Positions 47,977 through 56,833 of a DNA stretch of 64,000 bases are shown here, piece by piece. The first letter of the stretch is position 1. The number at the start of each line of letters is the position of its first letter. This stretch comes from Candidatus Omnitrophota bacterium (GTDB taxonomy: Bacteria > Omnitrophota > Gorgyraeia > JABMRN01 > RBG-13-46-9). A program made the position numbers and the translations under genes. The DNA lies in contig JADHYN010000001.1 of NCBI GenBank assembly GCA_016782425.1, positions 655 to 64,654 on the forward strand, in the 5' to 3' direction. The notes below the pieces were generated by a model. That model was not told where the DNA came from. It made no database searches and was given only the letters and a program-made list of their open reading frames with translations.

Positions 47977-48687
47977 TTATAATCCCAGAAACTGAATCGC
48001 AATGCCGGAAAGGCATATTGTCGCACCGGCAAGGGCATGGCTGTAACGCTCGAGTTTTCCCAATGGTACTATTTTTATACCTAAAGAAAGCAATATTACT
48101 ATACTCATCATAGTGGCAACTGTTGCAGCGCCAAAAGTCAGTGTTACGCCAATAAGGCCAGCTATGCTTTTCTTGGCAGCCGGATACATGAGAATAGGTA
48201 TCAACGGTTCGCAGGGCCCCAGAACGAAAATAGTAAAAAGGATCCAAGGCGTAATATTGCTTTTTGCCTCTTTATGCGCATGGACATGCTCATATTTGTG
48301 CGCGTGGTCATGGTCGTGATTTTCTCCGTCGAGATGTGCATGCACGTGAGCGTGGGGTTTGTTTTTTATGGCCTGGTGAATACCCCATACAAAATATGCA
48401 AATCCAAAACCGATAAAGGCCCAGGCAGCTATGTTACCTCTAAACGCCTCAAAGGCCTCCAATTTCATAATAGCTATGCCAAAAGCAATGCCAATAAAGC
48501 CCAATACTACCGAGCTCATTATGTGCCCTATTCCGCAGAGAAAAGTAATAAATATCGTTTTGGGTAAAGCCCATTTGCGCGCCTTGCTCATTACTATGAA
48601 CGGCAGGTAATGGTCCGGCCCGAAAACCGTATGAAAAAACCCTATCGACGCTGCGGTTGTATATAAAATTATTAATTCTTTGTTCAT
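47977..48687 (-). CDS. UreH/NiCoT-like nickel/cobalt transporter (DsbD_2 fold)
   Basis: FHTVFGPDHYLP, GIGH, His-rich loop HAHVHAH...HDHDHAH, GPCEP; start MNKEL after SD AAGGAGG. Confidence 0.8.
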   Translation of the reverse strand: MNKELIILYTTAASIGFFHTVFGPDHYLPFIVMSKARKWALPKTIFITFLCGIGHIMSSVVLGFIGIAFGIAIMKLEAFEAFRGNIAAWAFIGFGFAYFVWGIHQAIKNKPHAHVHAHLDGENHDHDHAHKYEHVHAHKEAKSNITPWILFTIFVLGPCEPLIPILMYPAAKKSIAGLIGVTLTFGAATVATMMSIVILLSLGIKIVPLGKLERYSHALAGATICLSGIAIQFLGL

Positions 48688-48708
48688 GTCGCCTCCTTTA
48701 ATGAGACC

Positions 48709-48749
48709 TTGAGTTATTAAAAATTTCAAAGAAATTTTTCATAACTCAA
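48709..48749. repeat. 19-bp-arm inverted repeat
   Basis: TTGAGTTATTAAAAATTTC-AAA-GAAATTTTTCATAACTCAA, one mismatch. Confidence 0.7.
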
Positions 48750-48786
48750 TCTTCTCTGAACTTCTTCCCCGAAGGGTCGAATTAAA

Positions 48787-48889
48787 CCCCGCCCTTTTGG
48801 TAAACGTATTTTTTTGTCTTAATAAACTATTCTTCATTTGCAAAGTGTTATCGTAATTTTTCGTTTTTATCCTTGCCAAAAGGGCGGGG
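48787..48889. mobile_element. 103-bp MITE-like element
   Basis: Terminal inverted repeats CCCCGCCCTTTTGG / CCAAAAGGGCGGGG flanked by 4-bp direct repeat TAAA (48783-86, 48890-93). Confidence 0.75.
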
Positions 48890-48914
48890 TAAATTCGCAG
48901 ACGGCCTTATGCCT

Positions 48915-48950
48915 ATGATTTACGGAAACCTGCAGATTTCCGTAAATCAT
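48915..48950. repeat. 36-bp near-perfect palindrome just after the porin stop codon
   Basis: ATGATTTACGGAAA-CCTGCAGA-TTTCCGTAAATCAT; no U-tract on the minus strand. Confidence 0.7.
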
Positions 48951-48958
48951 CTGCTCAT

Positions 48959-50350
48959 TTAAAAATCAACCTGCGCCCTGGTTCCGTAAACAAATATCGT
49001 GTCATTCTCCCCCTGGTATGAGTGGCTCACGCCATAAGGGTTCCATATAAGCTGAAAGTCCGGGCTTATGGCCAGCCATTTAAATAGCTGGCATTTGTAA
49101 TAAATTTCAATATGCCCTTCTCCGGCGCCAAAATCGCTGGGAGAGGCGTCTTTCCACGCCTTACTCGGGAAAATCTGACCTATGGCGCAGGCGAGAACGT
49201 CGTCATCCCTCTTCCAATATTTACCCGCAACCTGGCCGCCGGTGGACCAGGACCATTCGAGCGTCGGATTCGTGGTAACATCGACCATTGTTATGTCACC
49301 GGGAAGAACGTCAGGCCTTTGCCACCCGAATCGTCCGAATAATCCAAACGCGTCCGTTACCATCTGGTCAAAGCTGAATCCAAAGCCATAGTTTAAGATC
49401 TTGCCTTTATCGCTGGATTCATCGTCCTTCGCGAGCTTTTCGTGATTACGGTCGTTCATCCAGAAGTAAGTCCTGTAATTTCCGTCAAACTGCTCGGTGT
49501 CTATGCCAAGCGCCTCGATCTCCGACGGCCTGAAATTAAACTGAAATGAGTAGAAGTTTTTATCAAACACGTCGTCATAATCAGCGTCGCCTGAAAAATA
49601 GCTAAGTTCTGTTTGGATAAAGCTTATGGGTTCAAATGCAAGAATAAGGTCCATTCCAAGGGCATTTCCCGGAGGAAATTCCATAACAGGAGAATTCCTG
49701 AACATATGGGCAAGGAACTGGGTTTTCTCGTCATTAGCGTATTCGTTCTGGTCAACGCGATCCCCGCAATCCATTTTACCCAGAGTAAAGGCGATTTGCT
49801 TATCAAGCGCGAACTGCGTATAAAACCATTCTGCGAACTCGACGCGCGAACCAGTATCAGCGGCTTCGCGGTTTACATTACTGAATACCTCAAGCTCGTT
49901 CTCGATCGTATCGTTTTCTCCACCCTCAAGATGTAAATACGCGAATCCCCAATCCTCAAACTCTTTGGCTATTTCAACATCAGCCGAGTATGAGGCGTCA
50001 AATATGCTGTTTTCTCCCGCGCCGGCGTTATTAGCGTCAGGGGTGCCTTGCGCGACAAACGTAATACCCGCTCCTATATTAAGCCCTGCCGGCTCGACTC
50101 TCATTCCCTCGCCGGGCTTATATTCTATGAGAGATTTTTTCACTTCGTCCCTTACGTGTTCAAGCGAAATCGCTTTCATATCCTGTTTTACCATTTTTTT
50201 TTCAAGTTCATCAACGCGCATTTTTAGAGACTGTATCTCTGTCAAAAGTTCCGCGGTTGTAGGCGCTGCAGGCCCTGCCGCAAATACAGCCGGGGTTATC
50301 ATGCTTATCAAAATAAATAAAGCCGCCAGTCCTGTGATTTTCCTAAGCAT
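48959..50350 (-). CDS. Outer-membrane porin (OprB-like) with N-terminal coiled coil
   Basis: Signal peptide; YANDEKTQF, EIYY, ISPDFQ, YGTRAQVDF with C-terminal Phe. Confidence 0.8.
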   Translation of the reverse strand: MLRKITGLAALFILISMITPAVFAAGPAAPTTAELLTEIQSLKMRVDELEKKMVKQDMKAISLEHVRDEVKKSLIEYKPGEGMRVEPAGLNIGAGITFVAQGTPDANNAGAGENSIFDASYSADVEIAKEFEDWGFAYLHLEGGENDTIENELEVFSNVNREAADTGSRVEFAEWFYTQFALDKQIAFTLGKMDCGDRVDQNEYANDEKTQFLAHMFRNSPVMEFPPGNALGMDLILAFEPISFIQTELSYFSGDADYDDVFDKNFYSFQFNFRPSEIEALGIDTEQFDGNYRTYFWMNDRNHEKLAKDDESSDKGKILNYGFGFSFDQMVTDAFGLFGRFGWQRPDVLPGDITMVDVTTNPTLEWSWSTGGQVAGKYWKRDDDVLACAIGQIFPSKAWKDASPSDFGAGEGHIEIYYKCQLFKWLAISPDFQLIWNPYGVSHSYQGENDTIFVYGTRAQVDF

Positions 50351-50363
50351 ACCTTCCTCCTGC

Positions 50364-50780
50364 CTATGGTAGCTCTTTAGCAGTCGTTGCTGCCGTAAGG
50401 GCCCCGTATTTTACTCCTTTTATTGACTTTAGCTTATCAGCTAACTCTTCTATTTTCTTTGGATTTCCTTTTACCACTATGGTTTCCAGGCAATTATGAT
50501 GGTCCAAATGTACGTGCTGATTCGAAATAACCATGCCGTGGAAATCATGCTGCATGTCAGTGAGCTTATTTACGAGTTCCCGCCTGTGGTGGTCATAAAC
50601 AAGTACTATCGCGCCGGCGACTTCGCGGCCCGAGCGCCACTCGCTTTTTACAAGCTCACCGCGTATGAGCGCGCGTATCGCGTCCGAACGGTTCTGGTAT
50701 TTTTTCGACTTAGCGTACCTATCAAACTTCGCAAGAAGCTTATCCTCAAGCGCGATGCTGAATCTCACAAGTTTCGCCAT
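50364..50780 (-). CDS. nikR: Nickel-responsive regulator NikR
   Basis: RHH N-terminus (RFSIAL, NRSDAIR), YDHH, HVHLDHHNCLE. Confidence 0.95.
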   Translation of the reverse strand: MAKLVRFSIALEDKLLAKFDRYAKSKKYQNRSDAIRALIRGELVKSEWRSGREVAGAIVLVYDHHRRELVNKLTDMQHDFHGMVISNQHVHLDHHNCLETIVVKGNPKKIEELADKLKSIKGVKYGALTAATTAKELP

Positions 50781-50792
50781 GATTGTCCTTTC

Positions 50793-50838
50793 GTGTTACG
50801 ATTTTTATAATCGTAACATTACATCGCTACTCTGTCAA
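50793..50838 (-). promoter_or_regulatory. nikR promoter with overlapping palindromic NikR-type operator
   Basis: TTGACA-17-TACGAT on the minus strand; GTGTTAC-N13-GTAACAT palindrome at 50793-50819 overlaps the -10. Confidence 0.75.
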
Positions 50839-50864
50839 GTATTTTGTGAGTGTCGACGCCTAAT

Positions 50865-51500
50865 TTAGTGACAGGTTGGGCAGTGAGGGTGGGAGCTTTC
50901 TTTGACGAAAAGAAGAGGAAAAACGATATCGCTTACACAGCATGGCACCCAGACAGCTATAAAGAGGAAAACAAATACGCCTGCGTAGGAAATCCACGTA
51001 AGCTTCTCGCCTATTGCCATCAGGATATGAAACAAAGACGCCCAGGTACTTAAAAGTACGTGTCCGGCGTGAGGAAATTTTGTCCTGGGCCTGAAATAGG
51101 CTATCGCTATCCCTATTATAGCAAGGGGGTTTACGAGCCACCATTTCTCAATAAAACCTATATGCATGTGTCTGTGTGGCATATTAAGAAGCGTTTCCCC
51201 CAGGTAAGGAATAAGGGAATCGCTTAAAGTCGCTATCCCGATAGCGCCGACATAGCCTATGACTAAGAGCGCCCAAATATTACATTTACTTTTAAGACCG
51301 CCGCATTTGTGAATATTATACATCGACGCCGTAACAAGCGCACTTAATAGAACGTGCAGGGGGTGAAACACATAAAACATATCATATGAGGTTCTTTCCG
51401 GCAGGTTCTTACAAAAAAACATAAGCGCTATGCCTGTCAGCGCCCCGAAGATAGTGAAGGGTGCGTGGTGCTTGAGTTCTGTTAATATTTTTTTAAGCAT
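50865..51500 (-). CDS. Uncharacterised His/Cys-rich multi-pass membrane protein
   Basis: ~6 TM; HHAPF, FHPLHV, HRHMH, PHAGH, PCCVSD, HPHCPTCH; ATG 51500 chosen from promoter position. Confidence 0.75.
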   Translation of the reverse strand: MLKKILTELKHHAPFTIFGALTGIALMFFCKNLPERTSYDMFYVFHPLHVLLSALVTASMYNIHKCGGLKSKCNIWALLVIGYVGAIGIATLSDSLIPYLGETLLNMPHRHMHIGFIEKWWLVNPLAIIGIAIAYFRPRTKFPHAGHVLLSTWASLFHILMAIGEKLTWISYAGVFVFLFIAVWVPCCVSDIVFPLLFVKESSHPHCPTCH

Positions 51501-51523
51501 ACTTTGTTTCTTTGAATTCACTG

Positions 51524-51552
51524 ATTATAGTAAAAAACTCGTCTTTTGTCTA
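51524..51552 (-). promoter_or_regulatory. Sigma70-like promoter
   Basis: TAGACA-17-TATAAT on the minus strand. Confidence 0.55.
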
Positions 51553-51585
51553 ATTTAAAATTATATATTTATTATCAGTAAATTT

Positions 51586-52083
51586 TTAATTAGCGTAACT
51601 CCATCGCATTTTGATATCCAGGATAGGAGTACCATTAACTGCATCAAGCCCTTCAACGAAAAGAACCGCCCCTTTTACCTCCGCCAGCCTGACGTCTTGT
51701 ATGCCAATTCTTGACAGTCTGTAAGGCGTGCGTGAAGCGAATACCCCCACTTCTTTTCCGTCTAAACCTCTTTTAAAGATTGATGCCACGGAATTTGCCT
51801 CGTGTAAATAGTAAACAATCGTAATGTATTCTTCTTCTTCTAATTTATATAAGAAAGGTTTTTGTGATGCAAATAGCTTTATGCGCGATGTTCCGTCCTT
51901 GCCACGGGTATCAAAACCTTTACCGGCACGCTTTAGTTTATTATAAACAATGCCTATGGGATAAATTTTAAACGGTTTTGCCTTGCTGTATAAACAGGCG
52001 GGACAAACCGGTTTGCCGTCAACAACAACATTATTGACGGGCGCCATTTTCCTGTTGCACCTAGAACACCTGCTATTTTTCAT
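51586..52083 (-). CDS. TrmO/TsaA (YaeB N-domain) methyltransferase-like protein with N-terminal zinc finger
   Basis: CSRC...CPAC, IYPIG, GVFASRTPYR, GLDAVNGTPILDIK; ATGA-coupled to the upstream gene. Confidence 0.75.
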   Translation of the reverse strand: MKNSRCSRCNRKMAPVNNVVVDGKPVCPACLYSKAKPFKIYPIGIVYNKLKRAGKGFDTRGKDGTSRIKLFASQKPFLYKLEEEEYITIVYYLHEANSVASIFKRGLDGKEVGVFASRTPYRLSRIGIQDVRLAEVKGAVLFVEGLDAVNGTPILDIKMRWSYAN

Positions 52084-52700
52084 TGTTTTCTTCCTGAAAT
52101 CACCACGAATCCCCCTTCGCCGAAGCCTCTTTTCGGTTTTTCTACTGAATTGATTTTTCCCGGCAGCTCGAAAATAGTCTGCCAATAAGAGATCCGGGAA
52201 AAACGGATTTTTGTCAACATCTCTGTTATTTCTTTAATGCCAAAAAAGTTTGCTTTTTTATAAAAAACGCTTTTTTTTATCCGGTAAAATTTACCTAAAA
52301 AACTATTCTTATCTATAATCCCTATAATAATCTTACCGTTTTTCCTTAGCACTCTTTTTGCCTCTCGCAACACTTGCTCGGGATTTTTAACAAAGCAAAG
52401 GGTAATAATAATTGTAACAAAATCAAATTCGGAATTTTTAAATGGTACTTTTTCTCCAAGGCCTGATTTTATCCTGATCTCTCTTTTTCCGGCTATCCCA
52501 AGCATTTTTTTCGAAGGATCTATTCCATATTTTGTACCAAGCAAAACAGCAAATCTTCCTGTACCCACGCCAATTTCAATTCCTTTTCCCATTCTCGGGA
52601 CTGCTTTTTTTACCGCTTTGAGCTCCGAAAGATATGCAAATTTATTCCTATCGTACCAGGCGTCGTATTTCTTGTAATATTTATTAAATATATTACTCAT
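52080..52700 (-). CDS. Class I SAM-dependent methyltransferase
   Basis: YDAWY, IEIGVGTGRF, TLCFV. Confidence 0.88.
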   Translation of the reverse strand: MSNIFNKYYKKYDAWYDRNKFAYLSELKAVKKAVPRMGKGIEIGVGTGRFAVLLGTKYGIDPSKKMLGIAGKREIRIKSGLGEKVPFKNSEFDFVTIIITLCFVKNPEQVLREAKRVLRKNGKIIIGIIDKNSFLGKFYRIKKSVFYKKANFFGIKEITEMLTKIRFSRISYWQTIFELPGKINSVEKPKRGFGEGGFVVISGRKQ

Positions 52701-53014
52701 AAATTCGAATCTCCTAACCAGCCATCGTAAAATCTCTTCAAATGTTTATAGAATTCCCTATCCATGATGTTTCTTTTTACATCTTTCTCTTTAAAGGAAT
52801 ATTTATAACCGGCACAATAACTTATTAAAATATCGTTTGCACGGCCTATTTTTTTAAACATTTCCTCGCACTTTTTCTTCTTTTTATCTTTACATTTGTC
52901 AGGATGATATTTATACGCCAGAACACGATAGGCCTTCTTTATTTCTTCCAGGGTCGCATCTTCTTCTAATCCCAGGAGTTGTCTTGCTTCATCAATTCGT
53001 TTAAAATCCGACAT
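52697..53014 (-). CDS. Small J-domain (DnaJ-like) protein
   Basis: IKKAYR...YHPDK. Confidence 0.88.
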   Translation of the reverse strand: MSDFKRIDEARQLLGLEEDATLEEIKKAYRVLAYKYHPDKCKDKKKKKCEEMFKKIGRANDILISYCAGYKYSFKEKDVKRNIMDREFYKHLKRFYDGWLGDSNL

Positions 53015-53030
53015 TTTAATAATTTTCCCT

Positions 53031-53243
53031 TTAAAAACCCGTAGGGCATGTTCCTGTAGGGCAACTTGACCCAGAGGAACCGGATTTACCGCCTGAATTC
53101 CCTACACTAAATAAACTTAATATTTTATCTACGTTTCTGCTATTGCATTTTTTGCATTTAAGCTCTGCTTTTTCAGAAGTCACCCCTATTAATAAATCAA
53201 ACTTTTCATTACAATCTTTGCATACATAAGTATAAATAGGCAT
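53031..53243 (-). CDS. FmdB family zinc ribbon protein
   Basis: MPIYTYVCKDC...CKKC, C-terminal CPTGTC. Confidence 0.88.
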   Translation of the reverse strand: MPIYTYVCKDCNEKFDLLIGVTSEKAELKCKKCNSRNVDKILSLFSVGNSGGKSGSSGSSCPTGTCPTGF

Positions 53244-53286
53244 TATTTTCCTCTATTGAATTTTTTAGTCTATAACCACAAACCAG

Positions 53287-53604
53287 CTAAATATGAGAAT
53301 CAACCTTGGAGGCAAGTTCCGATTCGGGGACTACCCCGACAACCGTATCAACGATCTTACCACCTTTAAAAATAGCTAAAGTAGGTATGCTCATAATGCC
53401 ATATTCAGATGATGTTTTTGGGGCTTCATCAACGTTTAGTTTGCATACTTTTAGTTTGTCTTTATACTTTTTAGCTATAGCCTCGACTGTCGGAGCAACC
53501 ATGCGACAGGGCATGCACCACTCAGCCCAAAAATCTACCAAAACCGGCAAATCTGAGTTTAATACAACCTCATTAAAATTCGCATCATTTGTATTTATCT
53601 CCAT
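53287..53604 (-). CDS. trxA: Thioredoxin
   Basis: VDFWAEWCMPCR, SIPTL. Confidence 0.9.
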   Translation of the reverse strand: MEINTNDANFNEVVLNSDLPVLVDFWAEWCMPCRMVAPTVEAIAKKYKDKLKVCKLNVDEAPKTSSEYGIMSIPTLAIFKGGKIVDTVVGVVPESELASKVDSHI

Positions 53605-53677
53605 TTCTCCGTTCTCCTTTCTCAAAAAATTTCATTTAATAATATACTTCTAAACCTATTCAAAGATGCTATTCTCT

Positions 53678-54955
53678 CTACTTAACTTGCGACTCTTCAA
53701 TTGAATGTGTTGGAGCAGGAACTTTTTCAAGTTGCCCGTTTCGATATTTATTCACGGTTTCAGCTACAGTTAAATCCTCTGCAATTTTGTATATATCTAC
53801 AAAGTTTTCCTTAAGCATATAAAATGATAATTCTCCGATTTTAGCGGTAAACAGCATATCCAGCTTATATTTTATTACCGCTTTAATAACTTTAATGCCT
53901 ATGTGTTTTTTCTCATTAAGAAATTCGTTGTAATAAAAATCCTCTATTTCTGCATCTTTATCGGTTAATCTTAAGATAATATAATACGGAGCTCGTCCAA
54001 AATGGGCGTGAACCTTTGAATCCAAACCGTTCATATCCTTTACCGGAATAATCACCGATTCAACATTTCGTTTTGCAGGTTCAAGATGTATAAATACGGA
54101 TTCAATATCCTCATAGCTTTTGGTTATCAAATCTTCTGTTTTATCCGCAAGCTCATGCGCGCGGTATAATGGAAGTGTAGGCGAAGTCTCGATTTTGCAT
54201 TCTACCATCTTGAACGGCCCTGATTGCCGAATTTTGACCTCACTTGTTCCTTTAACCCCGTATATTTCATTTATCTTTTTTTCAATCGCGAATTGCAATT
54301 CGGGGCCTAGATTAGCGTCCATTAACGCCAATAAAGACATCCATACGTTTTCAATGCCTAATTTGAAAATCAAAAGCGAAATTAAAACTATAATAACTCC
54401 TTCTATATGGGGAATTCTTAAAAAAGCCAACCATATCCCTGCCAAAACAACCATTGAAGTAATAATATCCAGAAATGATTCCCGGGCATTAGCAATAAGG
54501 GATTGAGAGTTACTTTCTCGGCCTGCTGCTTGTTCTTTTCTGGCTATAAAAAAAGCCGCTATAGCTGATATTCCACTCACAACGAGAGGCAAAGCAGGGA
54601 ATTCTTCAACTTGGGTTATGTGGAAAAGCTTATAATATCCTTCTTTTAACATCCCTATGCCAGCCCATATTATGAATATTCCAATTAAAAAACTAACCAG
54701 AGTTTCTGCTTTATATAACCCATAAGGAAATCTGGCGCTTTTTTTCTTTCCCGCTAACCAAAGACCAAAACCGGAAGCAAAAATTGCCAAAAGATCTGCG
54801 GCACTGTGAAACGCATCAGCCAATAATATTTTTGAATTAAATAGGTACCCTACGGTGCCTTTGGCAATTGCTAGAAACAAAGTAAAAAAGGCAGCTATAA
54901 ACGCTACTTTTTGGCCCCTTTTTAATTTCTCCATCCTACCTTTGGCAATCCCCAT
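53678..54955 (-). CDS. Cation diffusion facilitator fused to a NifB/NifX-like domain
   Basis: DAFHSAAD, FPYG, ZT-dimer HELAD/HLEP, C-terminal HFGRAP. Confidence 0.88.
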   Translation of the reverse strand: MGIAKGRMEKLKRGQKVAFIAAFFTLFLAIAKGTVGYLFNSKILLADAFHSAADLLAIFASGFGLWLAGKKKSARFPYGLYKAETLVSFLIGIFIIWAGIGMLKEGYYKLFHITQVEEFPALPLVVSGISAIAAFFIARKEQAAGRESNSQSLIANARESFLDIITSMVVLAGIWLAFLRIPHIEGVIIVLISLLIFKLGIENVWMSLLALMDANLGPELQFAIEKKINEIYGVKGTSEVKIRQSGPFKMVECKIETSPTLPLYRAHELADKTEDLITKSYEDIESVFIHLEPAKRNVESVIIPVKDMNGLDSKVHAHFGRAPYYIILRLTDKDAEIEDFYYNEFLNEKKHIGIKVIKAVIKYKLDMLFTAKIGELSFYMLKENFVDIYKIAEDLTVAETVNKYRNGQLEKVPAPTHSIEESQVK

Positions 54956-54978
54956 TGTTCTTTCCTTTAACTTTCAGT

Positions 54979-55212
54979 TTATTCCTGAAAAAACTGCCGG
55001 GTCATAAAGGCACCGCAATTAGGGCATCTTGTCTGAAAGCAAGGCAAGCCTCGTCTATGAGGAACAACTCTTTCGCAATTGGGACAAATGCAGGTCTCTA
55101 GAGGTCCAACCGGGCCTCGAGGCCCAAACCATCCACGTCCTCTACTCCCTCCAAAACCTCTGCCTCGTCCATCGCCTCCTCTGCCTCTGCCCTTTCCAAA
55201 TCCAAATGGCAT
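54979..55212 (-). CDS. Small Gly/Arg-rich zinc-ribbon protein
   Basis: GRGRGG repeats, then CxCxxC-x5-H-x5-C-x4-CxxC. Confidence 0.8.
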   Translation of the reverse strand: MPFGFGKGRGRGGDGRGRGFGGSRGRGWFGPRGPVGPLETCICPNCERVVPHRRGLPCFQTRCPNCGAFMTRQFFQE

Positions 55213-55227
55213 TTCGATACTCCTTTT

Positions 55228-55941
55228 CTAGACTTTTATTTCTGCCCCTGCTTTAATTGGTAGAAAATCTTTTTTATACTTAAGTTTAAAAATTTCTTCC
55301 GCTCTTGGGCCCGAACAATGAGTGGCTCCGACTTTTTTTACCCCTATTTTCTTGAACTCATCGGCAATAATTTCAATGAGCATTTTGTCCTTGTCCATAA
55401 GATGAAAACCGCCTAGAACTGCGTAAATATCTTCTTTTGGGAAATTTTTCTTTACAGTATTTAACATTTTAATTATGCCGGGGTGAGCGCAACCGGTAAT
55501 AACAGATATACCCTTGTTGGTCTTAACAACCAACGCTTGTTCAGGCATATATTCACCTTTATATTCACCGGTAATTTCACCTGTAACAAAAATGTTTTTT
55601 GAAGTTTCGGTAATATTCTTCGTTCCTTTAAGGTTTCCGTTTAGCTTTTTGGCTTTATCCTTGAATTCGGCGCTGAAATTAGGGCATGCGTAAATCGTAA
55701 GGCCTTTTTTCCTCTTCAACAACTCCCACAGGCCACCCTGGTGATCCCAGTGGTCATGCGAAATTACCACAGCTTTTATCTTGTCGATATTTACATTTAA
55801 AATTTTCATGTTTTCTGTAAGCCAGGCGCCGTTTTCTCCCGTATCGAAAAGCACCTTCTCCTCGACCAAAAAAGAGACCCCCCAACCGGTACGCAGAGTT
55901 TTATTTTTTGCTTCCTTGTCAAAAAGCACTTCTATTCGCAT
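55228..55941 (-). CDS. MBL-fold metallohydrolase (COG1237-like)
   Basis: FDTG, SHDHWDHQGG, TGCAHPG, GGFHL, HCSG. Confidence 0.88.
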   Translation of the reverse strand: MRIEVLFDKEAKNKTLRTGWGVSFLVEEKVLFDTGENGAWLTENMKILNVNIDKIKAVVISHDHWDHQGGLWELLKRKKGLTIYACPNFSAEFKDKAKKLNGNLKGTKNITETSKNIFVTGEITGEYKGEYMPEQALVVKTNKGISVITGCAHPGIIKMLNTVKKNFPKEDIYAVLGGFHLMDKDKMLIEIIADEFKKIGVKKVGATHCSGPRAEEIFKLKYKKDFLPIKAGAEIKV

Positions 55942-55945
55942 AATT

Positions 55946-56827
55946 TTATGGCCTTTTGCATAATATTATATCGCCAAGTTCGCATTTTACTTCACGAGCA
56001 ACTACCGGACACTTTGCCATGAAAAGAAAAAATATGTTCTTCTTTCTTCCGGAAAGGGCCTCGAAATTCCCCTGTCCCTTACTTATAACCATATCTGCAT
56101 TTTTATATATCTTCAGGAATTTAGCGGAACAAAGCGAAAGAACCGTTCCGGGGACGTCAAGGCCGCTTGAAATTACTTCTGTTACTTTGTCTAAACCGCA
56201 GTATACGGCATCGGCCATTATGGCGTCATTAATGATAGGTTTTTCTTTAATCGCGTAAAAAATTTTCTTGTGCGGGTATATTCTAAGTATTTCCTCTATA
56301 AGGATCCTGTCGAAAACTATCTCACCAGCGTTATCGCCCAAGTATAAAATCTTACCGGATTTTGCAAGAGCCAGCTTAAAAGCAGCGTAATTAAAAAGGC
56401 GGTTCGACTCATTTTTAATCGCCCTATTTTCCAGATTAAGTATTTTTTTTAGTTCACTCGTAACATCAAGGAAATTTTTTACCCCGTAGTCAATTATGTT
56501 ACCCGCTATAGCAAGTTCCACCGCGGTAAATAACGCGTCTTTCGAACGCCTTACTTTGTTCTTGAGCTTCCCATAAAGTGAAAGTGCCTGGCGATTGCTT
56601 TTTTCTTTTATTTTTTTATATGGGTCTTTCTTGCCGGTTTCCCTGTTTACAGTGCCATAAATTATTCTGCCCATTTCGGGAGGCGATTTTTGGAGGGTAA
56701 GCTTTTCTATCGCGCCTGCTATTTTCTTTAAAATTCTGCGCTGCGTAAGTGAGCCCGCTCCGGCGAGCCGCGCGGCCTCAAGCGCCTGTTTAAAAAAACA
56801 TGGTATACATTCTAAATATGTCTTCAT
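55946..56827 (-). CDS. DUF89/ARMT1-like damage-control phosphatase
   Basis: ECIPC, DPY, GNIIDYG, DNAGE, KGQGNFE, KC. Confidence 0.88.
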   Translation of the reverse strand: MKTYLECIPCFFKQALEAARLAGAGSLTQRRILKKIAGAIEKLTLQKSPPEMGRIIYGTVNRETGKKDPYKKIKEKSNRQALSLYGKLKNKVRRSKDALFTAVELAIAGNIIDYGVKNFLDVTSELKKILNLENRAIKNESNRLFNYAAFKLALAKSGKILYLGDNAGEIVFDRILIEEILRIYPHKKIFYAIKEKPIINDAIMADAVYCGLDKVTEVISSGLDVPGTVLSLCSAKFLKIYKNADMVISKGQGNFEALSGRKKNIFFLFMAKCPVVAREVKCELGDIILCKRP

Positions 56828-56833
56828 TTACCA

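Noticed and set aside
48894-48958. NiCo riboswitch (TGAGCAG start, nickel context)
   Set aside because: The other conserved junction motifs I would expect (GCAACAG, GUGGGACAG-like) are not present
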